Source of the DNA: Patescibacteria group bacterium | Lineage (GTDB): Bacteria; Patescibacteriota; Patescibacteriia; Magasanikbacterales; GWA2-37-8 | Length of the DNA: 64,000 nt | NCBI GenBank assembly: GCA_028688375.1 | Contig: JAQTYG010000002.1 | Location: forward strand, 3,841 to 67,840 | Direction: 5' to 3' | Shown here: positions 35,450 through 45,519 of the stretch, piece after piece | Layout of the letters: each line of letters opens with the position of its first letter | How positions within the stretch are numbered: the stretch's first letter is position 1 | The notes under the pieces: model-generated | Databases searched by the model: none | What the model was told of the DNA's origin: nothing | What the model saw: only the letters and a program-made list of their open reading frames with translations | Made by a program: the position numbers and the translations under genes

Positions 35450-37165
35450 TTATTCCGCTACCTCGAACACCTCATCAACACTGGTTAATTTATCCAGCGC
35501 CTTGAGCATGCCGTCCTGTACCATGGTGACCATGCCATTTTTTACGGCGATTTCCTGGATAGTATATTCGGAGACTTGTCCGCTCAAAATATTCGTTTCA
35601 ATTTCTTTGTTCATGGTGAAAATTTCGTAAATACCGACGCGTCCCTTATAGCCCAAACCACTGCATTTCGGGCAGCCTTTGCCGGCGTAAAAATGCAGAT
35701 CGTTGAAATTAACATTCTTTTTTTCCGCCTCCGGCAAATCATTTAAAATTTTCATCACTCGTTCCATTTTTTCCGCGTCCAATTTAACCTCTTCTTTACA
35801 AGATTCGCAGATGCGGCGAACGAGACGCTGGCCGATAATGGCGTTCAGCGCCGGCGCCAGCAAGAACGGCTTTACTCCCATGGAAAGAAAACGAGGCAGG
35901 GCGCCGGAAGCCGAGTTGGTATGGATGGTAGATAACATCAGGTGGCCGGTGAGAGCCGCTTGAATGGCGATTTCCGCTGTTTCCAGGTCGCGGATTTCGC
36001 CGACCATACAAATATCCGGGTCTTGGCGCAGAATTGAACGCAAGCCCTTGGCGAACGTATAGTCTCGGCTGGCGTCAACCTGGCTTTGGTTGATGCCTTC
36101 CATTTTAATTTCCACCGGATCTTCCAAAGTAATAATTTTTACGCCCGGTTTATTCAAGGTGCGCAAAATCGCATACATGGTGGTGGTTTTACCGGAACCG
36201 GTCGGACCGGTGGTGATAATCATGCCGTTGGGGCGCTCCACTTCATGGCGCAGGCGCTCGTAGGCTTCGCCACGCAGGCCCAAATCGTCGTAAGTCACGC
36301 CTTTGGAGCCACTGTGCAAGATGCGCATCACCACGCTCTCGCCATAGGTGGTCGGCATGGTGGAAACGCGGACATCGATGGAGCTGGAAGCCAGTTTCAG
36401 AGTGACACGGCCATCCTGGGGCTTGTCGGTCACGTTAATCTTTAAACCGGCCAGCAGTTTAATGCGCGAAATAAATCTTTTCCAATCTTCTTTGGGCAGG
36501 TCGGCCACATCGTGTAGCACGCCGTCAATGCGATAGCGAACGGCGATGCCTTTTTCTTCGGCCTCCACGTGGATATCGGAAGAGTTTGTTTTCAAGGCCG
36601 CCGCGATCATCAGCGTTAAGATATCGGTGATGGACACGTTTTTGAATTGTTCGGCCAGGGTTTGTAAATTGGCGATGCTTTCCTGAAATTTGTTTAATTC
36701 CTCGTCAGTGATGTTGATGTCTTTGGAAATCGGTTTAATGATCGGCAGAGTGGCGTAAAGTTTAAAAACCGTTTCTAAACTGTTGGCCGAGATGATATAT
36801 AATTGTGGTTTGACGTGGTGACGTTCGCCGAGTTGATAAGCATACTCATTGACTGCTTCATCCACCTCTAAAACCGCCAGTCGCATATCATCCGGAGTGA
36901 AATAGAAACACACGATTTTTTTCTCGCGCGCTTCGGCTTCCGGGATGATTTTGAGCGATTCGGCCGAGACCGGAAATCCGACCATGTTGATGTAGGGCAA
37001 ATTTAGTCCGGCCGCTTTGGCGGCGGTTTCTTCTTCTTTGGCTTTCAAATCAAGATCGTGCATTTTTTGGTCGAACTTTTCCTGTGTCGTCGGCGCGTTG
37101 GAAGTTTTTTTAACCGCCCCGCCTGGTTTTTTGACTAAGTCACTGATTGTGGGGAAGTCGGACAT
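35450..37165 (-). CDS. pilB: type IV pilus / type II secretion assembly ATPase (PilB/GspE family)
   Basis: Walker A TGPTGSGKTTT, Asp box, His box, C-terminal CxxC tetracysteine (CPKCSGLGYKGR). Confidence 0.9.
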   Translation of the reverse strand: MSDFPTISDLVKKPGGAVKKTSNAPTTQEKFDQKMHDLDLKAKEEETAAKAAGLNLPYINMVGFPVSAESLKIIPEAEAREKKIVCFYFTPDDMRLAVLEVDEAVNEYAYQLGERHHVKPQLYIISANSLETVFKLYATLPIIKPISKDINITDEELNKFQESIANLQTLAEQFKNVSITDILTLMIAAALKTNSSDIHVEAEEKGIAVRYRIDGVLHDVADLPKEDWKRFISRIKLLAGLKINVTDKPQDGRVTLKLASSSIDVRVSTMPTTYGESVVMRILHSGSKGVTYDDLGLRGEAYERLRHEVERPNGMIITTGPTGSGKTTTMYAILRTLNKPGVKIITLEDPVEIKMEGINQSQVDASRDYTFAKGLRSILRQDPDICMVGEIRDLETAEIAIQAALTGHLMLSTIHTNSASGALPRFLSMGVKPFLLAPALNAIIGQRLVRRICESCKEEVKLDAEKMERVMKILNDLPEAEKKNVNFNDLHFYAGKGCPKCSGLGYKGRVGIYEIFTMNKEIETNILSGQVSEYTIQEIAVKNGMVTMVQDGMLKALDKLTSVDEVFEVAE

Positions 37166-37169
37166 AGAT

Positions 37170-38153
37170 TTATCTATTAAAAAATTTTCCGACGTGATGG
37201 ATAATACGGCTGACGATACCCTCGTGGTGCATCTTCATGAATAAATACATCCAGACGCTGGTATAGAAAGTATTATAGAGCGCGCCGAACAAGGCGATGA
37301 TGAACAGCAGAACAACCATGCCAAAAATCGCGCCGAATAGGGCCAAGGCGGCGTTGCCGACCGCGCCGGCAAACATCCAGATAAACAGCGCCGGTAAAAA
37401 CGCGAAGGAGAAAATCACGGCAAAGAACATGATTAACAACATGTCCAAAAGGGTCAACACCAAACTGATTTCCAAGGAAACCAATAAATGTTCATGGAAG
37501 AGCTCCCAGCCTTTTTTATAGGCGGAAGTGAGCGATTTTCCGTCGATAACCGTGTAGCCGGAGGCGAAAATAGAAACCGCCGAAATAACCCAGCCCAAGA
37601 ACACGGCAAAAATCAGCATGATGGTGTCCAAGATAAAACTCCATTGGCTGATATCTGACGGCAAGACATACCAGATAATACCGAAGACCAAACCAATCAG
37701 TCCCAAGGCGATTTTCCGTAAAACTTCTATGGTTAATATTTTCCAAAAATATTTTAATCCCGAGTTCCAGATTTTTCCCAGCTTGGGGATGGCTTTATTT
37801 TTGTAATAATCGGCGGTGGCGATTAACAGGGCGGCTTTAGCGGTGACAGAAATAAAGATAACCGCGACTGCCACAATTAACATGATGCCGACAAGCCAGA
37901 TCAACCCGATAATCACGGATACGTCGGGATGGGGGATGGTAGGCAAGTATAATCGCGCGAACCAGGCGCCGCGGGCGTTCGTGCTCATCGTCACCATTAA
38001 TTGGGCGAGAAAGTTACCCATGCCGAAAGAACCGGCGAACAAAACCGACAACAGCCCCAGTAGCCAAAGTGAAGTATTCTTAAAAACCAATTGCCAGGCC
38101 TCTTTTAACGCTTGGCGATAGGTGGGTTCGTGCATAAAATTAACGGTTAACAA
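37170..38153 (-). CDS. polytopic membrane protein, unknown function
   Basis: 327 aa, about 7 hydrophobic helices. Confidence 0.45.
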   Translation of the reverse strand: MLTVNFMHEPTYRQALKEAWQLVFKNTSLWLLGLLSVLFAGSFGMGNFLAQLMVTMSTNARGAWFARLYLPTIPHPDVSVIIGLIWLVGIMLIVAVAVIFISVTAKAALLIATADYYKNKAIPKLGKIWNSGLKYFWKILTIEVLRKIALGLIGLVFGIIWYVLPSDISQWSFILDTIMLIFAVFLGWVISAVSIFASGYTVIDGKSLTSAYKKGWELFHEHLLVSLEISLVLTLLDMLLIMFFAVIFSFAFLPALFIWMFAGAVGNAALALFGAIFGMVVLLFIIALFGALYNTFYTSVWMYLFMKMHHEGIVSRIIHHVGKFFNR

Positions 38154-38274
38154 TGATAAATGCTACCGCTATTATTATACCACAAAATCGCGGTTTTTTG
38201 CACCAACCCCTTGCCCGCATTATTCCTCTGTGATATATTTCCCTTACTAAAAACTATCTTTTGTCACTTATCCT

Positions 38275-40056
38275 ATGATTAATCTTGAAACCATGCGCCA
38301 TTCCTGCGCCCATTTGGTGGCCGCGGCGGCGCAAGAGTTATACCCCGAAGCCAAATTTGGTGTCGGGCCCACGGTGGAAAACGGCTTTTATTATGATATT
38401 GATTTCGGCGAGCCGATTACCGAAGAAGACCTGGGCCGGATCGAGGCCAGAGCCAAAGGCCTGATCAAGAAAGGGGTTGATTTTACCAAAGAAGAAATGG
38501 ATATAGACGAGGCGATAAAAATGTTCAAAAAAATGGGACAGGTATATAAGGCGGAACTGTTGAACGATTTGAAAACCAAAGGCACGACTAAAGTGGGCGA
38601 GGACGCCGAAGCGGAATTATCCGGTGACACTGTAACGATTTATCGCACCGGTGAATTCGTGGATTTATGCCGGGGTCCGCACTTAAAATCCACCAAAGAT
38701 ATCGGTGTTTTCAAATTAACCAAATTAGCCGGCGCTTACTGGCGGGGGAAAAGCGAAAATCCGCAGCTGCAACGCATTTATGGCGTCTGTTTTGCCAAAC
38801 AAAAAGAGTTGGATGAATATTTGGCCATGCTGGCCGAAGCGGAAAAACGCGACCACCGAAAAATCGGCGCGGAGCAGGATTTATTTTTCATTGACGACCT
38901 GGTCGGCAAAGGTTTGGTGATGTGGCAACCAAATGGCACGATAATTAGAAACGAAGTGGAAAAATTGGTGGTGGAAAAAGAAAGAGCCGCCGGCTACGTT
39001 CGGGTGGCCACGCCACACATGGCTAAAGAAGAGTTATTTTTGACTTCCGGCCACCTGCCTTACTATAAAGATAGCATGTATCCGCCGATGGTGATGGACG
39101 ACGGCACTTATTATATGAAAGCGATGAATTGCCCGCATCACCATTTGATTTATCGCCACAATTTGCGCAGCTATCGCGAATTGCCGTTGCGCTTGGCCGA
39201 ATATGGCACTTGTTATCGCAACGAATTATCCGGTACGTTAGCCGGGCTGTTGCGTGTGCGCGGCTTGACCATGAACGACGCGCATATTTATTGCCGCAAA
39301 GACCAGATCAAACAGGAATTTAAAGGCGTGCTGGATTTAACCGTCGGATATTATAAAATTTTCGGATTTCAAGATTATTGGTTCCGTTTGTCCAAGTGGA
39401 GCCCGAAGCATTTGGATAAATATGTTAATGAGCCGGCTAATTGGGAATACGCGGAAAGTGTTATCCGCGAAGTGCTGAAAGAAGCGGGAGTAAAGTTTGT
39501 GGAAGTGGATGACGAGGCCTCGTTTTACGGCCCGAAGGTGGATATCCAGTTTAAATCCGTGATCGGCCGTGAAGAATCGCTATCCACTATTCAATTGGAT
39601 TTCGTCGCCAAGAAAAGATTTGATCTGAACTATACCGATGATACCGGTAAAGAAAACAATGAGATTTTTGTTATTCATCGCGCGCCGCTTTCCACGCATG
39701 AAAGATTTTTGGCGTTTTTGATTGAGCACTACGCCGGCATCTGGCCGGTGTGGCTGGCGCCGGTCCAGGTGCGCTTTGTGTCCGTTTCTGAAAACCACGC
39801 GGAGGGAGCGCGAAAATTGCGTGATGAATTTTTTAACGCCGGCATTCGCGCCGACATTGATACGGCTGACGAAACCTTAGGCAATCGCGTGCGTAAAGCG
39901 GTTGGCGCTAAAATTCCGTATATCGTGGTCGTGGGCGATAAAGAATTGTCGGGCGAGGATTGGATGATTCGCGTGCGCGGACAAGAGAAGCAGGAGAAAA
40001 TGAGCCAAGCGGAATTTATGGCGCGGTTGGACAAAGAGATCGCAGAAAGAATATAA
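38275..40056 (+). CDS. thrS: threonine--tRNA ligase
   Basis: class II aaRS motifs, ThrRS zinc site CPHHHLIYRH, HRAPLSTHERF, C-terminal anticodon-binding domain. Confidence 0.9.
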   Translation: MINLETMRHSCAHLVAAAAQELYPEAKFGVGPTVENGFYYDIDFGEPITEEDLGRIEARAKGLIKKGVDFTKEEMDIDEAIKMFKKMGQVYKAELLNDLKTKGTTKVGEDAEAELSGDTVTIYRTGEFVDLCRGPHLKSTKDIGVFKLTKLAGAYWRGKSENPQLQRIYGVCFAKQKELDEYLAMLAEAEKRDHRKIGAEQDLFFIDDLVGKGLVMWQPNGTIIRNEVEKLVVEKERAAGYVRVATPHMAKEELFLTSGHLPYYKDSMYPPMVMDDGTYYMKAMNCPHHHLIYRHNLRSYRELPLRLAEYGTCYRNELSGTLAGLLRVRGLTMNDAHIYCRKDQIKQEFKGVLDLTVGYYKIFGFQDYWFRLSKWSPKHLDKYVNEPANWEYAESVIREVLKEAGVKFVEVDDEASFYGPKVDIQFKSVIGREESLSTIQLDFVAKKRFDLNYTDDTGKENNEIFVIHRAPLSTHERFLAFLIEHYAGIWPVWLAPVQVRFVSVSENHAEGARKLRDEFFNAGIRADIDTADETLGNRVRKAVGAKIPYIVVVGDKELSGEDWMIRVRGQEKQEKMSQAEFMARLDKEIAERI

Positions 40057-40059
40057 AAA

Positions 40060-40100
40060 TTCCCCAAAACAAAATCTCCCCATAATGGGGAGATTTTTAT
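40060..40100. terminator. bidirectional intrinsic terminator
   Basis: aaaatctcccc-ataat-ggggagatttttattt. Confidence 0.7.
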
Positions 40101-40108
40101 TTGGAAAT

Positions 40109-40366
40109 TTAGGCGGCTCTTTTTTTGAGAAGTGTTTCGATGGCGGCGGCCTCTTTGGGGTTTTTCCCACGCCAGATATTCAATTCAGCTTCTCTGGCTT
40201 CTTCCGGAAGCTGAAGAAGGAAATTCATCGCTTTTTCGATATCTTCGTCAGAGACCCAAGAGTCCTTTTCTAACGGGTCATCAACCATTCTTGTCGCTTC
40301 CGCTTTTTGGGCGGCGGCTCTATTTTCCACATAGGGATTAACCGGTATTTTTTCTCCGTTGGTCAT
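40109..40366 (-). CDS. small hypothetical protein
   Basis: 85 aa acidic ORF. Confidence 0.35.
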   Translation of the reverse strand: MTNGEKIPVNPYVENRAAAQKAEATRMVDDPLEKDSWVSDEDIEKAMNFLLQLPEEAREAELNIWRGKNPKEAAAIETLLKKRAA

Positions 40367-40453
40367 ATGTTTGGTATTTAAGACTAATTTTTAGCTTAAT
40401 TTAGCCAAATTACCCTTATAGTATAGCACAATTTGAGGGTTTTGTCAAGACTA

Positions 40454-40482
40454 TTGACATTTTTCGCTTTTTCTGCTATTGT
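40454..40482 (+). promoter_or_regulatory. sigma70-like promoter (TTGACA-17-TATTGT)
   Basis: ttgacatttttcgctttttctgctattgt upstream of SD gggaggaaaacATG. Confidence 0.4.
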
Positions 40483-40519
40483 ATATAGTTCGCAGTTCAT
40501 TTTGTGAAGGGAGGAAAAC

Positions 40520-40993
40520 ATGTCTAGCCAAAATTTCTCGGCTGCGCGACAGCCGTTAAAAGCTGACGGCGATTCCGAAATCGATGACGGCAAATTGGTT
40601 CTGCTCGGCACGCGCCAAGAGGCCATCAGAACCATCAAACTGCTACACCCAGTTTACTGGTCGTGGCAGGAAAGGGAACTGACCATTGAATTCGAGATCC
40701 CGCCGGTTTGCCAGCCGTTCTCCGCTCCGGAGAGGCGTGGCCAGAAGCTGTTTCGGTGGGTCAACAACATCGTGGCTGGCGCCCACTTTTGGACCATTGT
40801 GGACGTCAAGGAGGCGTGGAGTTCGAGAGGAATGCTCATGGTTGTTTTCGAGGTTTGCGAATGGCCGGAGCATTTCACCGAAGAGTACTACCGCTCCGCT
40901 CGGCGCGACACCATCCCGCCCCCCGCTCCGCCGCCCGAGATGGACGCTCCACCCGCCACGGGATCGCCTCTGGAATACTTTTTCAAGAGGTGA
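40520..40993 (+). CDS. hypothetical protein (GC-elevated ORFan, Pro-rich C-terminus)
   Basis: 157 aa, own promoter/SD/terminator. Confidence 0.45.
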   Translation: MSSQNFSAARQPLKADGDSEIDDGKLVLLGTRQEAIRTIKLLHPVYWSWQERELTIEFEIPPVCQPFSAPERRGQKLFRWVNNIVAGAHFWTIVDVKEAWSSRGMLMVVFEVCEWPEHFTEEYYRSARRDTIPPPAPPPEMDAPPATGSPLEYFFKR

Positions 40994-41011
40994 GGCAAGA
41001 CATGGCTACGC

Positions 41012-41050
41012 GACGCCGGCCCAAAGTTTGGGCCGGCGTTTTCTTTTTCG
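41012..41050 (+). terminator. intrinsic terminator
   Basis: cgccggcccaaa-gttt-gggccggcgttttctttttc. Confidence 0.7.
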
Positions 41051-41110
41051 TGGGCATCTTGCCAAGCGTTGAAAATGGAGATAGAATATGTTTTCGCGGT
41101 AGATTAAATA

Positions 41111-42429
41111 TGAGTAAGAAATTTTTTATTTTAACCCTCGGCTGTCAGATGAATAAAAACGATTCCGAACGGATCGCCGGTCTTTTGTCGTCTTTGGGTT
41201 TTACCGCGGTTGATAAACCGGAAGCGGGGGACGTACTGATCTTAAACACTTGTAGCGTCCGCCAAGCGGCCGAAGACAGGGTTTGCGGCTTAGTGTTGAA
41301 TTGGCAAGAGTTGCGTCGAACTAATCCCGATTTAATTATTGCCGTGACCGGCTGTCTGCCCGGCCGGGATAAAGACGGCCGTTTGCGCCGTAAGATTCCC
41401 GGGGTTGATTTGTGGTTCGGCATTGATGAATTACCGCGTTTGCCGGTTTGGTTGAAAGAATTAAATTCGGCTCCGGCGGAAAAAGATTATTTGGCCATCG
41501 CGCCATTGCGCCAGTCGCCGGCGCAGGCCTTTGTCACTATTCAAACCGGTTGTAATAATTTCTGCACTTATTGCGTGGTGCCGTCTGCTCGCGGGCGTGA
41601 ACGCAATCGGCCGGTGAAAGATATTTTAGCCGAGACGCGCGCTTTCGCGGTTGGGGGTGGATTGGAGATTACTTTGCTCGGGCAAACCGTGAATCATTAT
41701 CTCGCGCCGGATCCGGAAAGTTTTTGTAAAAATAATCCGTTTAAAGAGCGCGATGATTTTTCCGCTTTGCTCTGGGAATTAAATCAAATCGCCGGAATCA
41801 GACGTATTCATTTTACCGCGCCGGATCCGCAGTATATTAACGACGCGCAAATTGAAGCGTTGAAATTGTCTAAACAAATGAATTATATTCATTTGCCGGC
41901 GCAGAGCGGGGATAATGAAATTTTGCGAAAAATGAATCGGAAATATACGCGCGAGCAATACGTTGAAGCGATTAAGAAAATTCGCGCCGCCCGGCCGGAC
42001 ATCGCCATCGGCGCCGATTTGATCGTCGGTTTTTGCGGCGAGACGGCCGAACAATTTAAAAACACGCTGGATTTATACCAAGAATGCGATTTGGATATTT
42101 CCTATAACGCGATGTACTCGGAGCGTTCCGGTACGCCGGCAGCCCGGGCGTTTAAAGATGACGTGCCACGCGCGATAAAAAAACAGCGCTGGGACGAACT
42201 GCAAGAGCTGATGGAAAAACAAGCGCTGAGAAAAAATCAAAAGTATGTGGGGCAAACGGTGGAAGTGCTGGTGGAGAATTGTGAAGCCGGTTTGTGTTCG
42301 GGCAATTCTCGCGAGATGAAATTCACGCAATTTTTGGGTACGCCTGATTTGGTCGACCAGATTATTAATGTTAAAATATTTGAAGCCAAGGAGTGGGTGT
42401 TGAAGGGTGAAAATCCCAAATTTCAATGA
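41111..42429 (+). CDS. miaB: tRNA-i6A37 methylthiotransferase MiaB
   Basis: N-terminal MTTase cysteine motif LGCQMNKNDSE, radical-SAM CNNFCTYC, TRAM domain; start at MSKKFF not track ORF 40708. Confidence 0.9.
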
Positions 42430-42560
42430 CCAAATAAGATATAGCCAAAATTCCAAACCCCAAAATCAAACAATTAAATCGGGTTATAATTTGGGATTTA
42501 GAATTTATTTGGGTTTTGGGAATTGGGAATTGAGATTTTGTAAAGTTGATTGGAAATTTG
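42410..42560. repeat. intergenic repeat family 2 (CCAAA/TTTGGG-rich, tcaatgaccaaataa core)
   Basis: second copy at 57790-57990 shares caatgaccaaataa, ttccaaaccccaa, tttgggatttgg. Confidence 0.5.
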
Positions 42561-42586
42561 TTTTTTTATTTATACTTTGATTTTTA

Positions 42587-43525
42587 TTGAGTATGTCTAA
42601 TTTGCCGAAGATTATTGGCATAGTTGGTCCGACCGCGTCCGGTAAAACGGCGTTGAGTTTGGCTTTGGCAAAGACATATAACGGCGAAATTGTGAACGCT
42701 GATTCACGGCAGGTATATAAAGGAATGGATATCGGAACGGCGAAAGTGATGGATGACGGAAAGCAGAAAACAGAAAACAGAAAACAGAGCGAGTACATTG
42801 TTGGGGGCATCGCGCACCACCTGATTGACATTGTAAATCCGGACGAGGAATTTACTTTGGCGCATTACAAGAAGTTGGCTTTCGAGGCGATTGATGATAT
42901 TTTAAAACGCGGTAAATTGCCGATTATTGTCGGCGGTACCGGTTTATACGTTTGGGCGATTGTTGATAACCTGGATATTCCGGCGGTGGCGCCGAATTTG
43001 GAATTGCGGGCGGAACTGGAGAAAAAAAGTTTGCCGGAATTGGCGCTGATGTTGAAAAAGGCGGACTCATCATCAGCAGAAAAAATTGATTTGAAAAATC
43101 CGCGCCGGGTATTGCGCGCTTTGGAAATAGCGCTATCCTCCGAAGGATTATCCGCCGGAAAACAAAAGAAATTTGCGCCGAAGTACGATGCTTTGCAAAT
43201 CGGCTTAAGTGTGGAACGCGAGGAGCTAATTCGCCGGATAAATAATCGCGTGGACGATCAAATTAAGGACGGGCTACTGGAGGAAGTGGCGGTTTTGGCG
43301 AAAAAATATCCCTGGACGTTGCCGGCCATGAGCGGTATTGGCTATCGGCAGGTCGGGTATTATCTGCGCGGTGAAATATCGCTCGGTGAAGCCGGGGAAG
43401 AAATAAAAAAGGCCACACGCCAATATGCCAAGCGTCAGATGACGTGGTTCAAGCGCGATAAAAGAATTAAGTGGGTGGAGGAAACACCAGCAGCCGAAGA
43501 ATTAGTAAAAGAATTTATCAAATAA
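42587..43525 (+). CDS. miaA: tRNA dimethylallyltransferase MiaA
   Basis: P-loop GPTASGKT, HHLIDI motif; carries in-frame GAAAACA-repeat insertion (KQKTENRKQSEY). Confidence 0.9.
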   Translation: MSMSNLPKIIGIVGPTASGKTALSLALAKTYNGEIVNADSRQVYKGMDIGTAKVMDDGKQKTENRKQSEYIVGGIAHHLIDIVNPDEEFTLAHYKKLAFEAIDDILKRGKLPIIVGGTGLYVWAIVDNLDIPAVAPNLELRAELEKKSLPELALMLKKADSSSAEKIDLKNPRRVLRALEIALSSEGLSAGKQKKFAPKYDALQIGLSVEREELIRRINNRVDDQIKDGLLEEVAVLAKKYPWTLPAMSGIGYRQVGYYLRGEISLGEAGEEIKKATRQYAKRQMTWFKRDKRIKWVEETPAAEELVKEFIK

Positions 43526-43526
43526 A

Positions 43527-43562
43527 AAACCGTCAGCCCAAGGCCGGCGGTTTTTTATTTTA
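43527..43562. terminator. probable bidirectional terminator
   Basis: aaaaaaccgtcagcccaaggccggcggtttttt between convergent genes. Confidence 0.5.
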
Positions 43563-43565
43563 TTT

Positions 43566-45464
43566 TTATTCTGTCTTCAACGGCGTCTCATCGCCCATAA
43601 ATTCAATCGTTTGTCCGGTCACCGTGTCCTCGGCTTTAACGCGGACTTTGGAAATTAGCGCGCTTTGCGTGGGATTTTTTTTGTTTATGGTGATGGTGAA
43701 GGGCAGGGCTAAAATGTCCACGCTTTCCGGCATTTCCGCTATTGTCCAAGTAATTTTTTGGGTGTCAGCGTCGTAAACGACAGCGCCGGCCGGAGTGGGC
43801 GAGACCGAGGTAAAGCCGACATCGCCGAAAAGCGTCGCGGAAAGTTCCAGGTTTTTGAGCGGATGGAAATTATTGGTGACAATCCAATTAATTTCCCGCG
43901 TTTCCAAACCGTTTTCCATCGCCGCCGTATCGCGTGATTCAAAAGCCAGATCGGAATTAAGAGTGATGACAATCGGATTGCCGGATAGAATTCTTTGTTG
44001 GCCGGTTTTATCTTTATAGACCACCTCGGTCAAGGCTTCTATCTTGAATTCGGTAAGGCCGGACAAATCAAAAACGCGCGCGTCTTTGACCGGCAGGCGC
44101 AAATCGATGGTTATTTCATCGTTCGGTTTTATTTCCGTCAAAGCCGGCAAATGGCTGCTCGTCCAGACGATTTGTCCGCGACGCATCGTGTCGCTGATCT
44201 GTTCACCCGTAACATCGCCGTCGAGTTTATCGTCCAACTCCGCCCAATTAAGGGCGCTTTGTTTTTTTAATGCCGGAGAATTTAGCGCCAGTTTAATTGA
44301 CGCGTTTTTCATTGTGTCTCTAGAGGTGTTTTTCAGATAAAGGGTCATGTTCAAAACATCTCCGGGTTGACTGCCCAAATCGGTCATGGTGCCGTTGATG
44401 GCTAAACTGAAAGTTAAACTGTTTTTGAGCAGGTCAGTGCTTAAGCCGGCCGCGCCAATGGAGTAAAGTCGGCCGTTCGGTCCGAAAGGCAGGCGGACAT
44501 CAGCGCTAATTTGCGCCACGGCGCTGTCTTCAAAGTTGACGCCGACCTCGCTGTATTTGCCGGAAATTTTGAAAATTATTTCCGGAGTGGAAGTGGCGCG
44601 AGCAATCACCCAGGTGCTATCTTTGCCGATCGCCGGAGTGGAAGAAGAGATATAAAAATTTGTCGGGAAGGTGGGCGCGACGATTAATTTGTTTGGCTGC
44701 CAATCCCCGTCATTTTTTAGCGTAAAAATATATTCGGCGCTATCGCCGATAGCCACTTTATCCGGACCGGAAATACCGATGGAAAAAGGCGAGACGGTAA
44801 TTTTTGTTTCCAGAGTGGCATTGGCCTGCATTTCCGAATTAAAATTTTCCGGCTGGTAATTGACAAAAATTCTCCAAGAATTTTTTTGGTCCAGCGCGCC
44901 GAAATTGGTGCCGGTAATTTTGATTTCGCCGTCGGCGTTCGGCGCGATGTCGCCGATGTTCCACTGGGTGTGTCCGGCATTAGACGCCGGTTTGTCGCTG
45001 TTCAAGAAAACAAAACTTTCCGGATAATTAACCGTCAGAACGGCGTTTTTTAACGTAATTTTTTGCCGATTGGTATAAGTAATGGTGTAGGTAGTGGTGG
45101 CGGCGATGTTTAGATCGGTCGGACCGGTAATGCGCAAAGTCAGCTCTTTTCCGTTCACCCCCGTGCGATTGGGGAGATAAAAGAAACCGGCCCAAGCCGC
45201 CGCGGCCATTAAAGCCAGCACGAAGAGTCCGGTAAAAAAATTACGCGCCGCCGGATGGCGTTTTTTAATTTTGATTTCTCTCATATTTGGCATTTTTCCA
45301 TTGTCCTCATAAATCGATTCCAATTCGCGGTCAATGCGCATCTTTTTGCTTTTGCCGATTCGGTCATCCCAGTGCGATTCAATTTTTTTTCGCCGGATTA
45401 TTTTTTTGCGCTTAGGTTTTTCCTCGCCGATTTCGTGAGAGACAAATTTTGTTTCTTCCGCCAT
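43566..45464 (-). CDS. large membrane-anchored extracellular protein, unknown function
   Basis: 632 aa, basic N-terminus, single TM (FFTGLFVLALMAAAAWAGFFYL), beta-rich repeats. Confidence 0.45.
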   Translation of the reverse strand: MAEETKFVSHEIGEEKPKRKKIIRRKKIESHWDDRIGKSKKMRIDRELESIYEDNGKMPNMREIKIKKRHPAARNFFTGLFVLALMAAAAWAGFFYLPNRTGVNGKELTLRITGPTDLNIAATTTYTITYTNRQKITLKNAVLTVNYPESFVFLNSDKPASNAGHTQWNIGDIAPNADGEIKITGTNFGALDQKNSWRIFVNYQPENFNSEMQANATLETKITVSPFSIGISGPDKVAIGDSAEYIFTLKNDGDWQPNKLIVAPTFPTNFYISSSTPAIGKDSTWVIARATSTPEIIFKISGKYSEVGVNFEDSAVAQISADVRLPFGPNGRLYSIGAAGLSTDLLKNSLTFSLAINGTMTDLGSQPGDVLNMTLYLKNTSRDTMKNASIKLALNSPALKKQSALNWAELDDKLDGDVTGEQISDTMRRGQIVWTSSHLPALTEIKPNDEITIDLRLPVKDARVFDLSGLTEFKIEALTEVVYKDKTGQQRILSGNPIVITLNSDLAFESRDTAAMENGLETREINWIVTNNFHPLKNLELSATLFGDVGFTSVSPTPAGAVVYDADTQKITWTIAEMPESVDILALPFTITINKKNPTQSALISKVRVKAEDTVTGQTIEFMGDETPLKTE

Positions 45465-45519
45465 ACAATTTTTGGAAAAGAAAAAATTCAGGGGATTGAA
45501 TTTTTTGATTAAAAAGTAA

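Noticed and set aside
40708-41110. N-terminal 134-aa extension of the miaB ORF in the track
   Set aside because: The extension overlaps the upstream ORFan and its terminator; the conserved MiaB N-terminus (MSKKFFILTLGCQMN) begins at 41111.
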